Assembly (NCBI GenBank): GCA_963674705.1
Contig: OY771506.1
Span: forward strand, 1,920,001 to 1,984,000
Source: Phycisphaeraceae bacterium
GTDB taxonomy: Bacteria > Planctomycetota > Phycisphaerae > Phycisphaerales > Phycisphaeraceae
DNA length: 64,000 nt
Direction: 5' to 3'
The notes beneath the pieces are model-generated. The model was not told the DNA's origin, did no database searches, and worked only from the letters and a program-made list of their open reading frames with translations. Positions 51,881 to 62,462 of the stretch are shown piece after piece; position 1 is the stretch's first letter; every line of letters starts with the position of its first letter. A program made the translations under genes and the position numbers.

Positions 51881-53179
51881 TTGATGATGATGGACACACA
51901 CCTTACAACCCGCGACCAGCAAAGCTGCACCGCTAACCCGGAAGCGGCGTTGCGTAATCGTGTGTGTGACCATCTCAAACGGTTGGTGCTCGATTGCTGG
52001 TTCCCCGCGTGCATTGATCGGCAGGTCGGCGGTTTCCATCAGAACTTCAGCCGGGACTGGACGCGCAAACCGAGCACGACGCGGTCTCTGGTATTCCAGT
52101 CGAGGATGGCCTGGGTTGCGGCAGAAGCTTCGCATCTTTTCCCCAGCAAGCGAGATCATTATCTTGCGATCGCGCAGCACGGCCTGGATGGTATTCAACA
52201 GTACTTGGCCGACGGGGAGCAGGGGGGCTATTACTTCGCAACCGATCCGCCGGGCGTTCCAAGGGAAGCGGTCGATGTGAAGCATGCGTATGCGATGGCG
52301 TTCGTGATTTACGCCGCCGCAACCGCGAGCTTTGCCGGCGCTTCGGATCGTGCAAAATCCATGGCAATCGATGCGTTCACCTGGCTGTACAACAACGCAT
52401 GGGACCAAAAGCACGGCGGATGCCACGAAGCATTACAGCGATCGGGCAAGCCCGTCTGTGTTGACGCATCTGCCGATCAAGCATCAGGCAACGATTCGAT
52501 CGGCACGCCTCTTGCTCACAAGACCATGAATACGCACATCCATCTGCTCGAGGCCTGCACGGCGCTGTACCGCGTCTGGCCCGATCCGCTCGTAAAGCAA
52601 GTGATCGAAAATCTTCAGCAGTTGATCTACGAGAAGATGTGGGTTGAGCCGGGCACGGTGCACACAGTTTTCACGAACGACTGGGTGCCCGTTAAGGATG
52701 GCGAATCCTTCGGGCACAACGTCGAGACCGCCTACCTGCTTGTCGAATCCATGCATGCGCTTGGCAAGCCCGATGATGCAGACACGTGGGACAAGGCCCG
52801 GATGCTTGTCGACCATGCGCTGAAAGTCGGCTGGGACAAGGCGCACGGCGGCTTCTTCGATAGCGGCGACGGCAAAGGCGCGGTCAGCGACGATACCAAG
52901 ACATGGTGGGTCCAGGCCGAAGGGCTCAACGCGCTGTGTCTGATGCATAAACACTTTTACGCGCAAACCGATCGATACTTCGAGAAGTTACAGCAGCAGT
53001 GGGCGTTTATAACGCAGCACCAGACCGACAGCGTCCACGGCGGGTGGTACGGTTACCTCCGCTGGGACGGCGAACAGGTCCTGGACGGTGGCGAAAAAGC
53101 GAACGAATGGAAGACGGCTTACCACAACGCGCGTGCGTTGATGAACATTATCAGATTACTCGAACCAGGGGCGAAGTAA
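51881..53179 (+). CDS. AGE-family epimerase (cellobiose/mannobiose 2-epimerase-like)
   Basis: FQSRMAW, KTMNTHIHLLEA, SFGHNVE, WWVQAE, WKTAYHNAR. Confidence 0.9.
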   Translation: MMMMDTHLTTRDQQSCTANPEAALRNRVCDHLKRLVLDCWFPACIDRQVGGFHQNFSRDWTRKPSTTRSLVFQSRMAWVAAEASHLFPSKRDHYLAIAQHGLDGIQQYLADGEQGGYYFATDPPGVPREAVDVKHAYAMAFVIYAAATASFAGASDRAKSMAIDAFTWLYNNAWDQKHGGCHEALQRSGKPVCVDASADQASGNDSIGTPLAHKTMNTHIHLLEACTALYRVWPDPLVKQVIENLQQLIYEKMWVEPGTVHTVFTNDWVPVKDGESFGHNVETAYLLVESMHALGKPDDADTWDKARMLVDHALKVGWDKAHGGFFDSGDGKGAVSDDTKTWWVQAEGLNALCLMHKHFYAQTDRYFEKLQQQWAFITQHQTDSVHGGWYGYLRWDGEQVLDGGEKANEWKTAYHNARALMNIIRLLEPGAK

Positions 53180-53257
53180 GTGAACCACAGACCGAAGTCG
53201 TGTTCGGTCGATTATGAAGTGCATGGGCCGATCAACCGGCCTAACCAGGATTGAACC

Positions 53258-54271
53258 ATGACCGAGATCGCATCCAATTCGACCAAAAAAATTCCCGTCC
53301 GCCCCATCAAGCAATCGCTGGTTGCACCGATGCCCTGGCAGGACAGGCCCGCCGGTTGCCATGACGTCGTCTGGCGCTACGACAAGAACCCGGTCATCCC
53401 GCGCAACCTGCTGCCGACCTCCAACAGCATCTTCAACAGTGCTGTCGTACGCTACGGTAATGCGTTTGCAGGTGTCTTCCGTGTCGACGATCAATGCCGA
53501 AACATGCGCCTCCACGCCGGCCGAAGCAAGGACGGCATCAACTGGCAGATCGATCCCGAGACGATCAAGTTCGTCTGTGATGATCCGGAGATCGGCGCGT
53601 TCTGCTACGGGTACGATCCGCGTGTCTGCTGGATCGAAGACCGCTATATCGTTACCTGGTGTAACGGGTATCACGGCCCGACCATCGGCGTTGCCTACAC
53701 GCACGACTTCAAAACCTTCCATCAATTGGAAAACGCTTACCTGCCGTTCAACCGCAACGGCGTGATGTTCCCGCGGAAGATCAACGGCAAGTACATGATG
53801 CTCAGCCGGCCCAGCGACAACGGGCATACACCCTTCGGTGAAATCTTCCTCAGCCAGAGCCCGGATATGATCCACTGGGGGTGCCACCGCCACGTGATGA
53901 AGCCCGAGCAGCCCTGGGAGTACACCAAGATCGGCGCTGGCCCGATCCCGATCGAGACCGATGAAGGCTGGCTGATGTTCTACCACGGCGTGCTGACATC
54001 CTGTAACGGTTTTGTCTACAGCTTCAGCGCGGCGCTGCTTGATCTTGATGAACCGTGGAAAGTCATCGCGCGTGCCAAGCCTTACATGTTCTCGCCGCAG
54101 CGTGATTATGAATGCGTCGGCGATGTGCCGAACGTCACGTTCCCCTGTGCGGCGCTGGTGGATGAAGAAACGGGTCGGCTCGCCATCTACTACGGTGCTG
54201 CGGACACGGTGACCGGGTTAGCGTTTGCCAAGCTCGACGAGGTGATCGCGTTCATCAAGGACAACGCATAA
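53258..54271 (+). CDS. GH130 beta-1,4-mannooligosaccharide phosphorylase-like
   Basis: [41 protein letters not shown]. Confidence 0.93.
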   Translation: MTEIASNSTKKIPVRPIKQSLVAPMPWQDRPAGCHDVVWRYDKNPVIPRNLLPTSNSIFNSAVVRYGNAFAGVFRVDDQCRNMRLHAGRSKDGINWQIDPETIKFVCDDPEIGAFCYGYDPRVCWIEDRYIVTWCNGYHGPTIGVAYTHDFKTFHQLENAYLPFNRNGVMFPRKINGKYMMLSRPSDNGHTPFGEIFLSQSPDMIHWGCHRHVMKPEQPWEYTKIGAGPIPIETDEGWLMFYHGVLTSCNGFVYSFSAALLDLDEPWKVIARAKPYMFSPQRDYECVGDVPNVTFPCAALVDEETGRLAIYYGAADTVTGLAFAKLDEVIAFIKDNA

Positions 54272-54281
54272 GCGGGCACAA

Positions 54282-55721
54282 GTGAACTTCAGACGCCGAC
54301 GACACAGGTTTATCAGTTCAGCCGTGGCCGTGGTGTTGCTTGTTCCGGTTTGCCTGGCGATGTTAAGTTGCGACAACCGGGTGCAAGACACCACCGACGA
54401 CGGCCGCGTCATCGTGCGCTACTGGGAAAAGTGGACGGATTTTGAATACGACGCCATGCGCGCCGTGGTCGATGACTTCAACAAGTCGCAGCAGCGGATC
54501 TATGTCGAGATGACGCAGATCAGTGAGCCTGACCGGAAGCTGATCCTGGCGACCGCGGGCGGCAATCCGCCTGATGTGGCGGGCCTGTGGTCGTACAACG
54601 TCAGCAGCTTCGCCGAAAAAGGTGCGCTAACGCCGTTAAGCAATCGGCTTGACGCGGTGGGTATCAATAAGGGTCAGTACATCCCGGCGTTGTGGGATAT
54701 CTGCTCGCATCGCGGCGAGGTCTGGGCGCTTCCTTCCACGCCCTCAACGCTCGCGCTGCATTGGAACCGCCGACTGTTCCGCGAAGCGGGCTTCGACCCC
54801 GACACGCCGCCGACTTCGCTCACGCAACTCGACGAGATGGCGGAACAGTTGACGATCGTCGAGATAAAACGCGACAACGAAACCGTGCGCGTCCGCTATA
54901 CCGAACTGACCGATAGCGAGAAGGCAGCCAAGGACTTCAGGATCATCCAACTGGGGTTCAGCCCGCACGAGCCCGGATGGTGGAAGCAGGCATGGGGCTA
55001 CTGGTTCGGCGCCGACCTGTGGGACGGCGACCGCACGATCGAAGCCGACTCACCGGAAAACATCGAAGCGTTCGAGTGGATCGCCGGCTACACCGAAAAG
55101 TACGGCGTGAAGAACATGCTCAGCTTCGGCGAATCGTTCGGCAACTTCTCCTCGCCTCAGAATCCTTTCCTCGATGAGCGCGTCGCGATGGAGATTCAGG
55201 GCGTGTGGATGTACAACTTCATCGAGAAGTTTTCGCCTAACCTGGATTGGGCCGCCGCCCCGTTCCCCTCGGCCTATCCCGACAAGCTGCCGAATGTCAC
55301 GATCGTTGAATGCGATGTACTCGTCATCCCCACCGGCGCGCGACACCCGGACGAGGCGTTTGAGTTCATCTGCTATGTCAACAGCCAGAAGCCGATGGAA
55401 AAACTCTGCCTCGGGCACCGTAAGTTCAGCGCATTCATCGAATACAGTGACGGCTTCGTCGAAAACCATCCGAACCCGTTCATTGATGTCTTCATCGAGC
55501 TTGCCAAGAGCCCGAACGGCAAGACCACGCCGCGCACCCCGATCTGGGAAAGCTATGAAGATGAACTGATCGTCGCCGCCGACCGTGTCTATCGACACAT
55601 CGCTACGCCACGGGATGCGCTCGCTTATGCACAGAACCGCTCCGCCAAGGCGATGGCCCGCAACCTCCGCGTCTGGGACGCCACCGCCGAAGCGCGCAAG
55701 AAAGAGTGGGCAGACCAATGA
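54282..55721 (+). CDS. ABC sugar-binding lipoprotein
   Basis: Lipobox-like MLSC; AGGNPPDV; precedes two permeases. Confidence 0.9.
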   Translation: MNFRRRRHRFISSAVAVVLLVPVCLAMLSCDNRVQDTTDDGRVIVRYWEKWTDFEYDAMRAVVDDFNKSQQRIYVEMTQISEPDRKLILATAGGNPPDVAGLWSYNVSSFAEKGALTPLSNRLDAVGINKGQYIPALWDICSHRGEVWALPSTPSTLALHWNRRLFREAGFDPDTPPTSLTQLDEMAEQLTIVEIKRDNETVRVRYTELTDSEKAAKDFRIIQLGFSPHEPGWWKQAWGYWFGADLWDGDRTIEADSPENIEAFEWIAGYTEKYGVKNMLSFGESFGNFSSPQNPFLDERVAMEIQGVWMYNFIEKFSPNLDWAAAPFPSAYPDKLPNVTIVECDVLVIPTGARHPDEAFEFICYVNSQKPMEKLCLGHRKFSAFIEYSDGFVENHPNPFIDVFIELAKSPNGKTTPRTPIWESYEDELIVAADRVYRHIATPRDALAYAQNRSAKAMARNLRVWDATAEARKKEWADQ

Positions 55722-56602
55722 CACGAGGCGAACGCCGAAAATTCTGGACCGGCCTCGCCTTCGTCAGCCCATGGGTCGTCGGCTTCCTCGTCTTCGGCCT
55801 GTACCCCATCGTCATGGCCGCCTACTACTCGTTCTGCAATTACAACGTCCTGCAGGATGCACAATTCGTCGGCCTGATCAACTACCAGGAAATGCTCGAA
55901 GACGATGTGCTCTGGAAAGCGCTTTACAACACGCTGTTCTACGCAATCTTCTCCGTGCCATTAGGTTTGATCGTCGCGCTGCTCTTCGCCGTCCTGCTTA
56001 ATCGCCCGATCTTCGGCCGCTCGATTTTCCGTATGCTGTTTTATGTCCCGTCGATCGTCCCACTTGTCGCGATCGCCATGATCTGGCTATGGGTGTTTAA
56101 CGGCGACGTCGGCCTGCTCAACTACGCACTGAGCCTCATCGGTATCGACGGCCCCAACTGGCTCGCCGACCCCGCGTGGACAAAACCAACGCTCATCCTC
56201 TCCGCCATCTGGATGGTCGGCGGCGCAATGGTTCTCTTCCTCGCAGGATTGCAGGACGTGCCGCGTTCGCTTTACGAATCAGCCGAGCTCGACGGCGCAG
56301 GCGCAGCCAAACAGTTCTGGCACATCACCGTCCCCATGGTCTCGCCCGTGATCTACTTCAACCTCATCATGGGCATCATCTACTCGATCCAGGAACTGGT
56401 CAGGCCCTACATCATGCTGCCCGACGGCGGACCCGACCGTTCGGGCCTGTTCTTCGCGGTCTATTTGTATCAAACCGCTTTCCGTGACCTGCGCATGGGC
56501 TACGCCTCCGCGATGGCGATGCTCATGTTCTTCATCATTTTGCTGCTCACGTGGGCTGTCACCAAGCTCATCCAAAGCCGTATCTATTACGAGGGAGCGT
56601 AA
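55718..56602 (+). CDS. Carbohydrate ABC transporter permease
   Basis: LYESAELDGA EAA loop; ATGA overlap with the previous gene. Confidence 0.92.
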   Translation: MTRGERRKFWTGLAFVSPWVVGFLVFGLYPIVMAAYYSFCNYNVLQDAQFVGLINYQEMLEDDVLWKALYNTLFYAIFSVPLGLIVALLFAVLLNRPIFGRSIFRMLFYVPSIVPLVAIAMIWLWVFNGDVGLLNYALSLIGIDGPNWLADPAWTKPTLILSAIWMVGGAMVLFLAGLQDVPRSLYESAELDGAGAAKQFWHITVPMVSPVIYFNLIMGIIYSIQELVRPYIMLPDGGPDRSGLFFAVYLYQTAFRDLRMGYASAMAMLMFFIILLLTWAVTKLIQSRIYYEGA

Positions 56603-56604
56603 GC

Positions 56605-57594
56605 ATGCCGCGCTTCGGGTTCCAGGCGACCCGCCTCATCTTGATGATCGTGATCTGCGGCGTGTTCATCACACCGCTGCTATGGATGGTTTCAACATCG
56701 CTCAAGCCGTTGGACCAGACCATGCAGATGCCCCCGCGCTGGCTGCCTTACGAATGGCAGGCCACGATCGACGGCCAACTTGTCGCTGTTGATCTCAAAG
56801 ACAGCGAAGCCGTCGTCAAGGCAGGCGGCCCCATCAAGGTCGAAGTCGCCGAAGGCCCATCCAAAGGCGAGCCACACACCCTCGACGCATCACAACTACA
56901 ACGCAAAATCGCTCCGCAGTGGGGCAACTACAAAGAAGCCGTCCATGAGATGCGCGAGTTCCCGCGCTACCTGCGCAACAGCCTCATCCTCTGCACGCTT
57001 ACTGTCATCGGCACCGTCCTCTCCTGCTCCATCGTCGCCTACGGCTTCTCGCGCGTGGAGTGGAAAGGCCGCAACACGTTGTTCCTCGTCGTCCTTGCAA
57101 CGATGATGATCCCGTTCCCCGTCACGATGGTCCCGCTCTACGGCCTGTTCCGCGAGCTCGGTTTCATCGGCTCGCTCAAGCCACTTTGGGTCCCCACCTT
57201 CTTCGGCACAGCGTTCAACATCTTTCTACTCCGCCAGTTTTTCATGACCATCCCGCGCGATCTTTCCGAAGCAGCAAGGATCGATGGCTGCAGCGAGTTC
57301 ATGATCTTCATCAAGATCATCCTCCCGCTCGCCAAGCCTGCCGTCACCGTCGTCGCGCTCTTCCAGTTCCTCTATGCGTGGAACGACTTCCTCGGCCCGC
57401 TCATCTACCTCACCGACCAGAAAGACTTCACGCTCGCGCTGGGCTTACAGTTCTTCCAGAGCCAGCAAGGCGGGACACAATGGCATTACCTGATGGCCGC
57501 CAGCGCCCTCGTACTGCTCCCCGTCCTCCTGCTCTTCTTCTTCACACAACGCACCTTCATCGAAGGCGTTTCGATGTCAGGACTCAAAGCATAA
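56605..57594 (+). CDS. Carbohydrate ABC transporter permease
   Basis: LSEAARIDG EAA loop; WNDFLGPL. Confidence 0.92.
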   Translation: MPRFGFQATRLILMIVICGVFITPLLWMVSTSLKPLDQTMQMPPRWLPYEWQATIDGQLVAVDLKDSEAVVKAGGPIKVEVAEGPSKGEPHTLDASQLQRKIAPQWGNYKEAVHEMREFPRYLRNSLILCTLTVIGTVLSCSIVAYGFSRVEWKGRNTLFLVVLATMMIPFPVTMVPLYGLFRELGFIGSLKPLWVPTFFGTAFNIFLLRQFFMTIPRDLSEAARIDGCSEFMIFIKIILPLAKPAVTVVALFQFLYAWNDFLGPLIYLTDQKDFTLALGLQFFQSQQGGTQWHYLMAASALVLLPVLLLFFFTQRTFIEGVSMSGLKA

Positions 57595-57719
57595 ACGACC
57601 CGAAAAACACAGAAAAACCGCAGTTTTATGCAGATTTATTGAGTAATTTTTATGTATTAAATCAGGCCCCCAAGTGGTACAATAGTTACTGGCCGCTTAT
57701 GGGGTGGAGGATCGTTACG

Positions 57720-59498
57720 ATGAAGTCTTACCTATCGCTCGCTCTGCTTTTCGCTATCGCGCAATCCTTCGTTTTCGCGCAGACATCCGCCGCCGCCACC
57801 TACCGATACGAAGCGGAAAACGCCACGCTCTTCGGCACCGCCGTCTCCAGCTCCTTCCCCGGCTACTCCGGTTCGGGATACGTCACCGACTTCAACGCCT
57901 CGGATGGCTCCGACCGCTTCCAGCTTAACGTCGACGTCCCCGAGGGCCGCTACGAACTGTGGATCGGCTACCGCTCGCAGTACGGCGACAAGGGCTACTA
58001 CTACAACATCGACGGCTCCACCGGCAGCGGCACCTTCGATCAATCCTTCTTCTTCAGCGAAGATCGCGCCGGCATCTTCGATCTCTCCGCTGGCATCAAC
58101 ACACTCGAGATCTCACAATTCTGGGGCTACTACGATGTCGACTACCTCGAGTTCCGCTCGCATGCGCCGACCGAGCTTTTGCCCGTCTCGCGCGCCCTCG
58201 TCGATTCACAGGCCGACCTGCAAACGCAGTGGCTACGCAACTACATGAACGATATCTACGGCAGCAAGTCGCTGTTCGGCCTGCAACACAACGGCAGCAA
58301 AAACCTTGCCTTCCCCGTTCAGGACTTCGTCAACATGGCAGGCGGATACACGCCCGCCATACGCTGCGCCGACTTCATCGAGTATTCCCCTTCAAGACTC
58401 GCCTACGGCTCAACCCCCGACAACGAATCCGAACAAGCCATCGCATGGGCACAGCAGACCGGCGGCGTCGTCTCCATGTCCTGGCACTGGAACGCACCCA
58501 CCGACCTCATCAACGAGCCCGACAAGGAATGGTGGCGCGGCTTCTACACCTATGCAACCACCTTCGACGTCGCCGCCGCCCTCGCCAACCCGGCCGGTGA
58601 AGACTACGCACTGCTTCTCCGCGACATCGACGCCATTGCAAGCGAATTGCAGAAGTTCGAAGATGCAGGCGTCCCCGTCATCTGGCGCCCCTTGCACGAA
58701 GCCCAGGGCGGTTGGTTCTGGTGGGGCGCGCAAGGCCCCGATGCCTTCAAGGAATTGTGGTCACTCATGTACGACCGCATGACCAACCACCACGGCCTGC
58801 ACAACCTCATCTGGGAGTTCACCTCCTCCGCCGCCGAGGGCGACTACCTCGATTGGTACCCCGGCGACGACGTCGTCGACATCGTCAGCGTCGACATCTA
58901 CACCGATCCCGAATCCAACATGAGCGGCCAATGGGCTGACCTGCTCGATCAATACAACGGCAACAAGATGCTCACGCTCTCCGAAACCGGCACGCTCCCC
59001 GACCCCGATGAAATGGACATGTGGGGTATCGACTGGGGCTACATCTCCACCTGGACCTGGGATCACATCCTCAATACCTACGCCGACGCCGGCTACAGCA
59101 CCGCCCAACTGCAAGCCATCCTCCAGAACTTCCTCAGCCACGAAGACATCATCACCCTCGACGAACTGCCCGCCACCCCATGGCTGCAAACCCTCCCCGG
59201 CGACCTCGACGCCGACGGCTTCGTCGGCCTCACCGACCTCGACCTCATCCTCCAATACTGGAACCAAACCACCAACGCCCAAAACCTCTTCGCCGACCCC
59301 TCCAACGACGGCTTCATCGGCCTCGACGACCTCGACATCGTCCTCGCCAACTGGAACACCGGCACCCCACCCACCACAACGGTACCCGAACCAACAACCA
59401 TGTCCTTACTGGTGATCAGTCTGGCTGCTGCATACCGTCGTACGCGTCGCCACACGCACTCATGTCTGACATCCACAGTTTGTGGTGCTGCGCGTTAA
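57720..59498 (+). CDS. GH26 beta-mannanase with an N-terminal CBM35-like domain, dockerin-like repeats and PEP-CTERM
   Basis: Start re-placed at MKSYLSLALL; YEAENA..GYSGSGYV, WHWNAP, WRPLHE, WFWWG, WYPGDD, LSETG, VPEP. Confidence 0.92.
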   Translation: MKSYLSLALLFAIAQSFVFAQTSAAATYRYEAENATLFGTAVSSSFPGYSGSGYVTDFNASDGSDRFQLNVDVPEGRYELWIGYRSQYGDKGYYYNIDGSTGSGTFDQSFFFSEDRAGIFDLSAGINTLEISQFWGYYDVDYLEFRSHAPTELLPVSRALVDSQADLQTQWLRNYMNDIYGSKSLFGLQHNGSKNLAFPVQDFVNMAGGYTPAIRCADFIEYSPSRLAYGSTPDNESEQAIAWAQQTGGVVSMSWHWNAPTDLINEPDKEWWRGFYTYATTFDVAAALANPAGEDYALLLRDIDAIASELQKFEDAGVPVIWRPLHEAQGGWFWWGAQGPDAFKELWSLMYDRMTNHHGLHNLIWEFTSSAAEGDYLDWYPGDDVVDIVSVDIYTDPESNMSGQWADLLDQYNGNKMLTLSETGTLPDPDEMDMWGIDWGYISTWTWDHILNTYADAGYSTAQLQAILQNFLSHEDIITLDELPATPWLQTLPGDLDADGFVGLTDLDLILQYWNQTTNAQNLFADPSNDGFIGLDDLDIVLANWNTGTPPTTTVPEPTTMSLLVISLAAAYRRTRRHTHSCLTSTVCGAAR

Positions 59499-59695
59499 GA
59501 ATCTGTCACGACATGGTTTACCGCTGCGTCTGAAAATCTGGCGGGTTGCCCCAAACCACTAATTTCATAATATAAGATACAAATATATTGTAATTACTAT
59601 AAGAATTGTTACGCTGATTGATGGTGCTTGCCACCGAGTAGCCGAGTAGCCGAGTAGACGTAATACCCATTCATGTCAGAAAGTGAGGGGATGCG

Positions 59696-60817
59696 ATGGG
59701 CTCATGCAAGCAGTATCTGTCATTTCTATGCGTGCTTACGATCGGTGTGAATGCCTATGCGTATCTGACGGTCGGCGATTGGCAGCCGATTTTCAGAGGC
59801 GTCGAACTCGCGACCGGCGAAACCAACGAGCCACGTCTACAGAAGGTCAACGCCATCCGCATCGACCTGTTCGACCCGGATATCAGGCTCATCACCACGC
59901 CCGGTAATGGAGCCTTGCCCGGCGACACCACGCGACAGACGGCATCCGCCTACATGACGTCTACCGATGTACAGGTCGCGATCAACGGCCAATACATCGA
60001 CCTGGCCACGAGCTATCCATACGGTGACCTGTGGGGCCTTGCGATGCACGAGGGACAGATCGTTTCGCCTGCGCAGGACCTGCACGCGTTGATCGGGGTG
60101 AATCCCGGCACGCTCTTGGTCACCGAGGACAACGTCGCTCGTATAGAACAAACCTACCCCACGACAGACCTCACAGGCGTTTGGACCGCCATCGAATCCT
60201 GGGCATACCTGTTGGTCAACGGCGTGAACACCGGCGACCCACGTATCATCCCCGGCAACGTCGAGCCACGCTCCGCGCTGGGCCTCAGCCAGGACGGCAG
60301 GTACCTGATTCTGATGACGATCGACGGCCGACAGACCGGCTACAGCGAAGGCGCTACCGCCTATGAAGAATCCGAATGGCTCCAACGCTTCGGCGCCTAC
60401 AACGGCATCAACCTCGACGGCGGCGGCTCGACCCACATGTGGATCTCCGAATACGATGGCGCCACCTACGCCGTCAACAGCCCCACGGAAAACCGTGCGG
60501 TCAGCAATCACCTGGGCATCTACGCCGCACCGCTCAATCCACCGCTCGTAGGCGACCTGAACAGCGATGGCTACGTCGGACTGGCCGACCTGGACATCAT
60601 CCTCCACAACTGGAACCAGCACGTACCCATCGGCAGCAAAATCCACGGCGACATCGCCGGCATCGGCGACGGCTACGTCAGCATGTCCGACCTCGACGTC
60701 CTGCTAAACAACTGGAACGCCAGCATCCCACCCACCACCAGCACCAACACCCCCGAACCCACCACCTTGACCATCCTCCTTCTCGCCGCCACCACACTAA
60801 CCAAACGCCCCCACTAA
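59696..60817 (+). CDS. Phosphodiester glycosidase (NAGPA/DUF2233-like) with dockerin-like repeats and PEP-CTERM
   Basis: VAING, PRSALG, IDGRQ..YSEG, NLDGGGST; TPEP tail. Confidence 0.85.
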   Translation: MGSCKQYLSFLCVLTIGVNAYAYLTVGDWQPIFRGVELATGETNEPRLQKVNAIRIDLFDPDIRLITTPGNGALPGDTTRQTASAYMTSTDVQVAINGQYIDLATSYPYGDLWGLAMHEGQIVSPAQDLHALIGVNPGTLLVTEDNVARIEQTYPTTDLTGVWTAIESWAYLLVNGVNTGDPRIIPGNVEPRSALGLSQDGRYLILMTIDGRQTGYSEGATAYEESEWLQRFGAYNGINLDGGGSTHMWISEYDGATYAVNSPTENRAVSNHLGIYAAPLNPPLVGDLNSDGYVGLADLDIILHNWNQHVPIGSKIHGDIAGIGDGYVSMSDLDVLLNNWNASIPPTTSTNTPEPTTLTILLLAATTLTKRPH

Positions 60818-61005
60818 ACACCCTCCGTTTAGCGGGCGATCGCAGATCGCTGCGTGGTGGTGTGTATTGGTTCGATATTGTGGGAATAAGGCTAAAGTCA
60901 ATGAAGAGATTTTACGGATGAAAATGATACAACTTTTGGATTGAATATCAGATCAATGGCTGTCATGGATATGAGCATACCCAAGATAGCCGGTGAAAAC
61001 ATACA

Positions 61006-61890
61006 TTAAGGCTTTGTCGTTTTAGAAGGCGTTGTCTTATTAGAGGCCTTTGGTTTTGGCTTTACGGCAGTATTCGTTTTTGTAGTTGTCTTCTTAGTAG
61101 AATGGACACACTTATGATTACGATGTTTTAATACTTCGCATAGAGCATCGAATGAATGGTCAGTATGATAAAGTGTCCATGTAGGTGCCTGTTCAATGGA
61201 TATAAATACATCTCCGGCCTTTTGACATGCTAGCTTTGGACAGCCTGTTTTAGAGGTGCAACTGGCTTCAAAAGCTGGGATTTGGTTCGACTGTATAGAT
61301 TGGAAGGCTTTCTTTGCAGGATATGAAACTGATGGGATCGGTGCACTCTTAATTCGTTTGTATTTACTGTTCTGTTTTAATGGTGCGATATTACATCCCA
61401 CGTCATCTTCAGTAAAACGGTCATAGAAATCATTAAGAATATCGTGAGTACCTCGTAGTGAAAGATCAAGCTGAATTTCTCCTCGCTTACATCTTGTCTT
61501 TGGAGGTATATACTTATTGAACAAGGTGTCGTATCGTATGGCCGATTGAAGAACGAGTATGCCGAACTGTTCAATGGGCTCGTCTGGTGGGTTTGCTAGA
61601 ATCTGTGCCACATAAGTGGCCAGCCATTGCAACAATATGCGGGGTCGACGACTCGAAAATCCGTGTGAGGCGATTTGAATTGCATTTGCGAGCGATCCCC
61701 GTATTCGGGCGTCGCAATAAACCTCGATACCAGTTACAACATACCTTCGAAGAAACTCCATGCGAAGGTACTGGCCGGTCCAATATTCACTGTCTTTCTG
61801 AGTGGGAATCTGATCCGACAGCGGTGGATCTATGGTCCGGTTTAATGCCGCATAAATACAGGAAGTGTCTACTAGTATCTTCTTTGCCAA
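61006..61890 (-). CDS. Hypothetical PIN-like protein
   Basis: N-terminal ILVDTS, later GDVFI and LYHTDHSF, matching PIN acidic-motif order; TTG start. Confidence 0.5.
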   Translation of the reverse strand: MAKKILVDTSCIYAALNRTIDPPLSDQIPTQKDSEYWTGQYLRMEFLRRYVVTGIEVYCDARIRGSLANAIQIASHGFSSRRPRILLQWLATYVAQILANPPDEPIEQFGILVLQSAIRYDTLFNKYIPPKTRCKRGEIQLDLSLRGTHDILNDFYDRFTEDDVGCNIAPLKQNSKYKRIKSAPIPSVSYPAKKAFQSIQSNQIPAFEASCTSKTGCPKLACQKAGDVFISIEQAPTWTLYHTDHSFDALCEVLKHRNHKCVHSTKKTTTKTNTAVKPKPKASNKTTPSKTTKP

Positions 61891-61904
61891 CTAGCTAACC
61901 TTAA

Positions 61905-62462
61905 TTATGATGTTGCTTCAATGATCAATTTGTCAGCTTTCTTAAGAATATCAAATGTTAGCGGGTGTGGATGTTCGGACGCGTCGGAAAGTAATTCTCG
62001 TACGGGTTCAACAAGTCTATTTGTGGGGCAATCAGTGAAATAGTCGCACTTAACTGCGTCGCGAATAATCTGGAGTAGTGCTGAGAAAGACTCTTCATAT
62101 GGTACATTGCGAAAGATCGGAATCTTATCATTTATACACGTAATGAATCGACTCAAACGAACGGGAAGAGATCGGTCTCCAAAGGACAATACAACGGATT
62201 CCCATTCTCGGATGAGATCTGTAGCGACTCTGCGGCGATCAATAGACCATCTTGCAACAGATTTGCCTTTAAACGTTTCGGGTGAGCTAGATTGAAATGG
62301 AGTGACTCTAGGTGTGTCTACATCAAGGTGGCTTTTGTCTGTTGTGCCTGATGTGGCAGATTCCTGGCGACCTAACGGTGTAGTTCTGTAATCCTCGGTG
62401 GCGGGCAATGCTACAGAGATGACAATATCTGAGGAAGATGTAGTGCCAGTCGGAGTAGTCAT
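61905..62462 (-). CDS. Hypothetical protein
   Basis: 185-aa ORF with a 4-bp overlap to the upstream gene; Ser/Thr-rich N-terminus and helical C-terminus. Confidence 0.55.
   Translation of the reverse strand: MTTPTGTTSSSDIVISVALPATEDYRTTPLGRQESATSGTTDKSHLDVDTPRVTPFQSSSPETFKGKSVARWSIDRRRVATDLIREWESVVLSFGDRSLPVRLSRFITCINDKIPIFRNVPYEESFSALLQIIRDAVKCDYFTDCPTNRLVEPVRELLSDASEHPHPLTFDILKKADKLIIEATS

Noticed and set aside
57060..57719. N-terminal 220 aa of the 812-aa ORF
   Set aside because: Out-of-frame overlap with the permease; the signal peptide starts at 57720
59634..59657. CCGAGTAG repeated three times
   Set aside because: Short intergenic microsatellite with no spacers; not a CRISPR array
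58900..60817. Strongly C-rich stretches with long antisense ORFs
   Set aside because: Explained by C-ending codon bias in the real plus-strand genes
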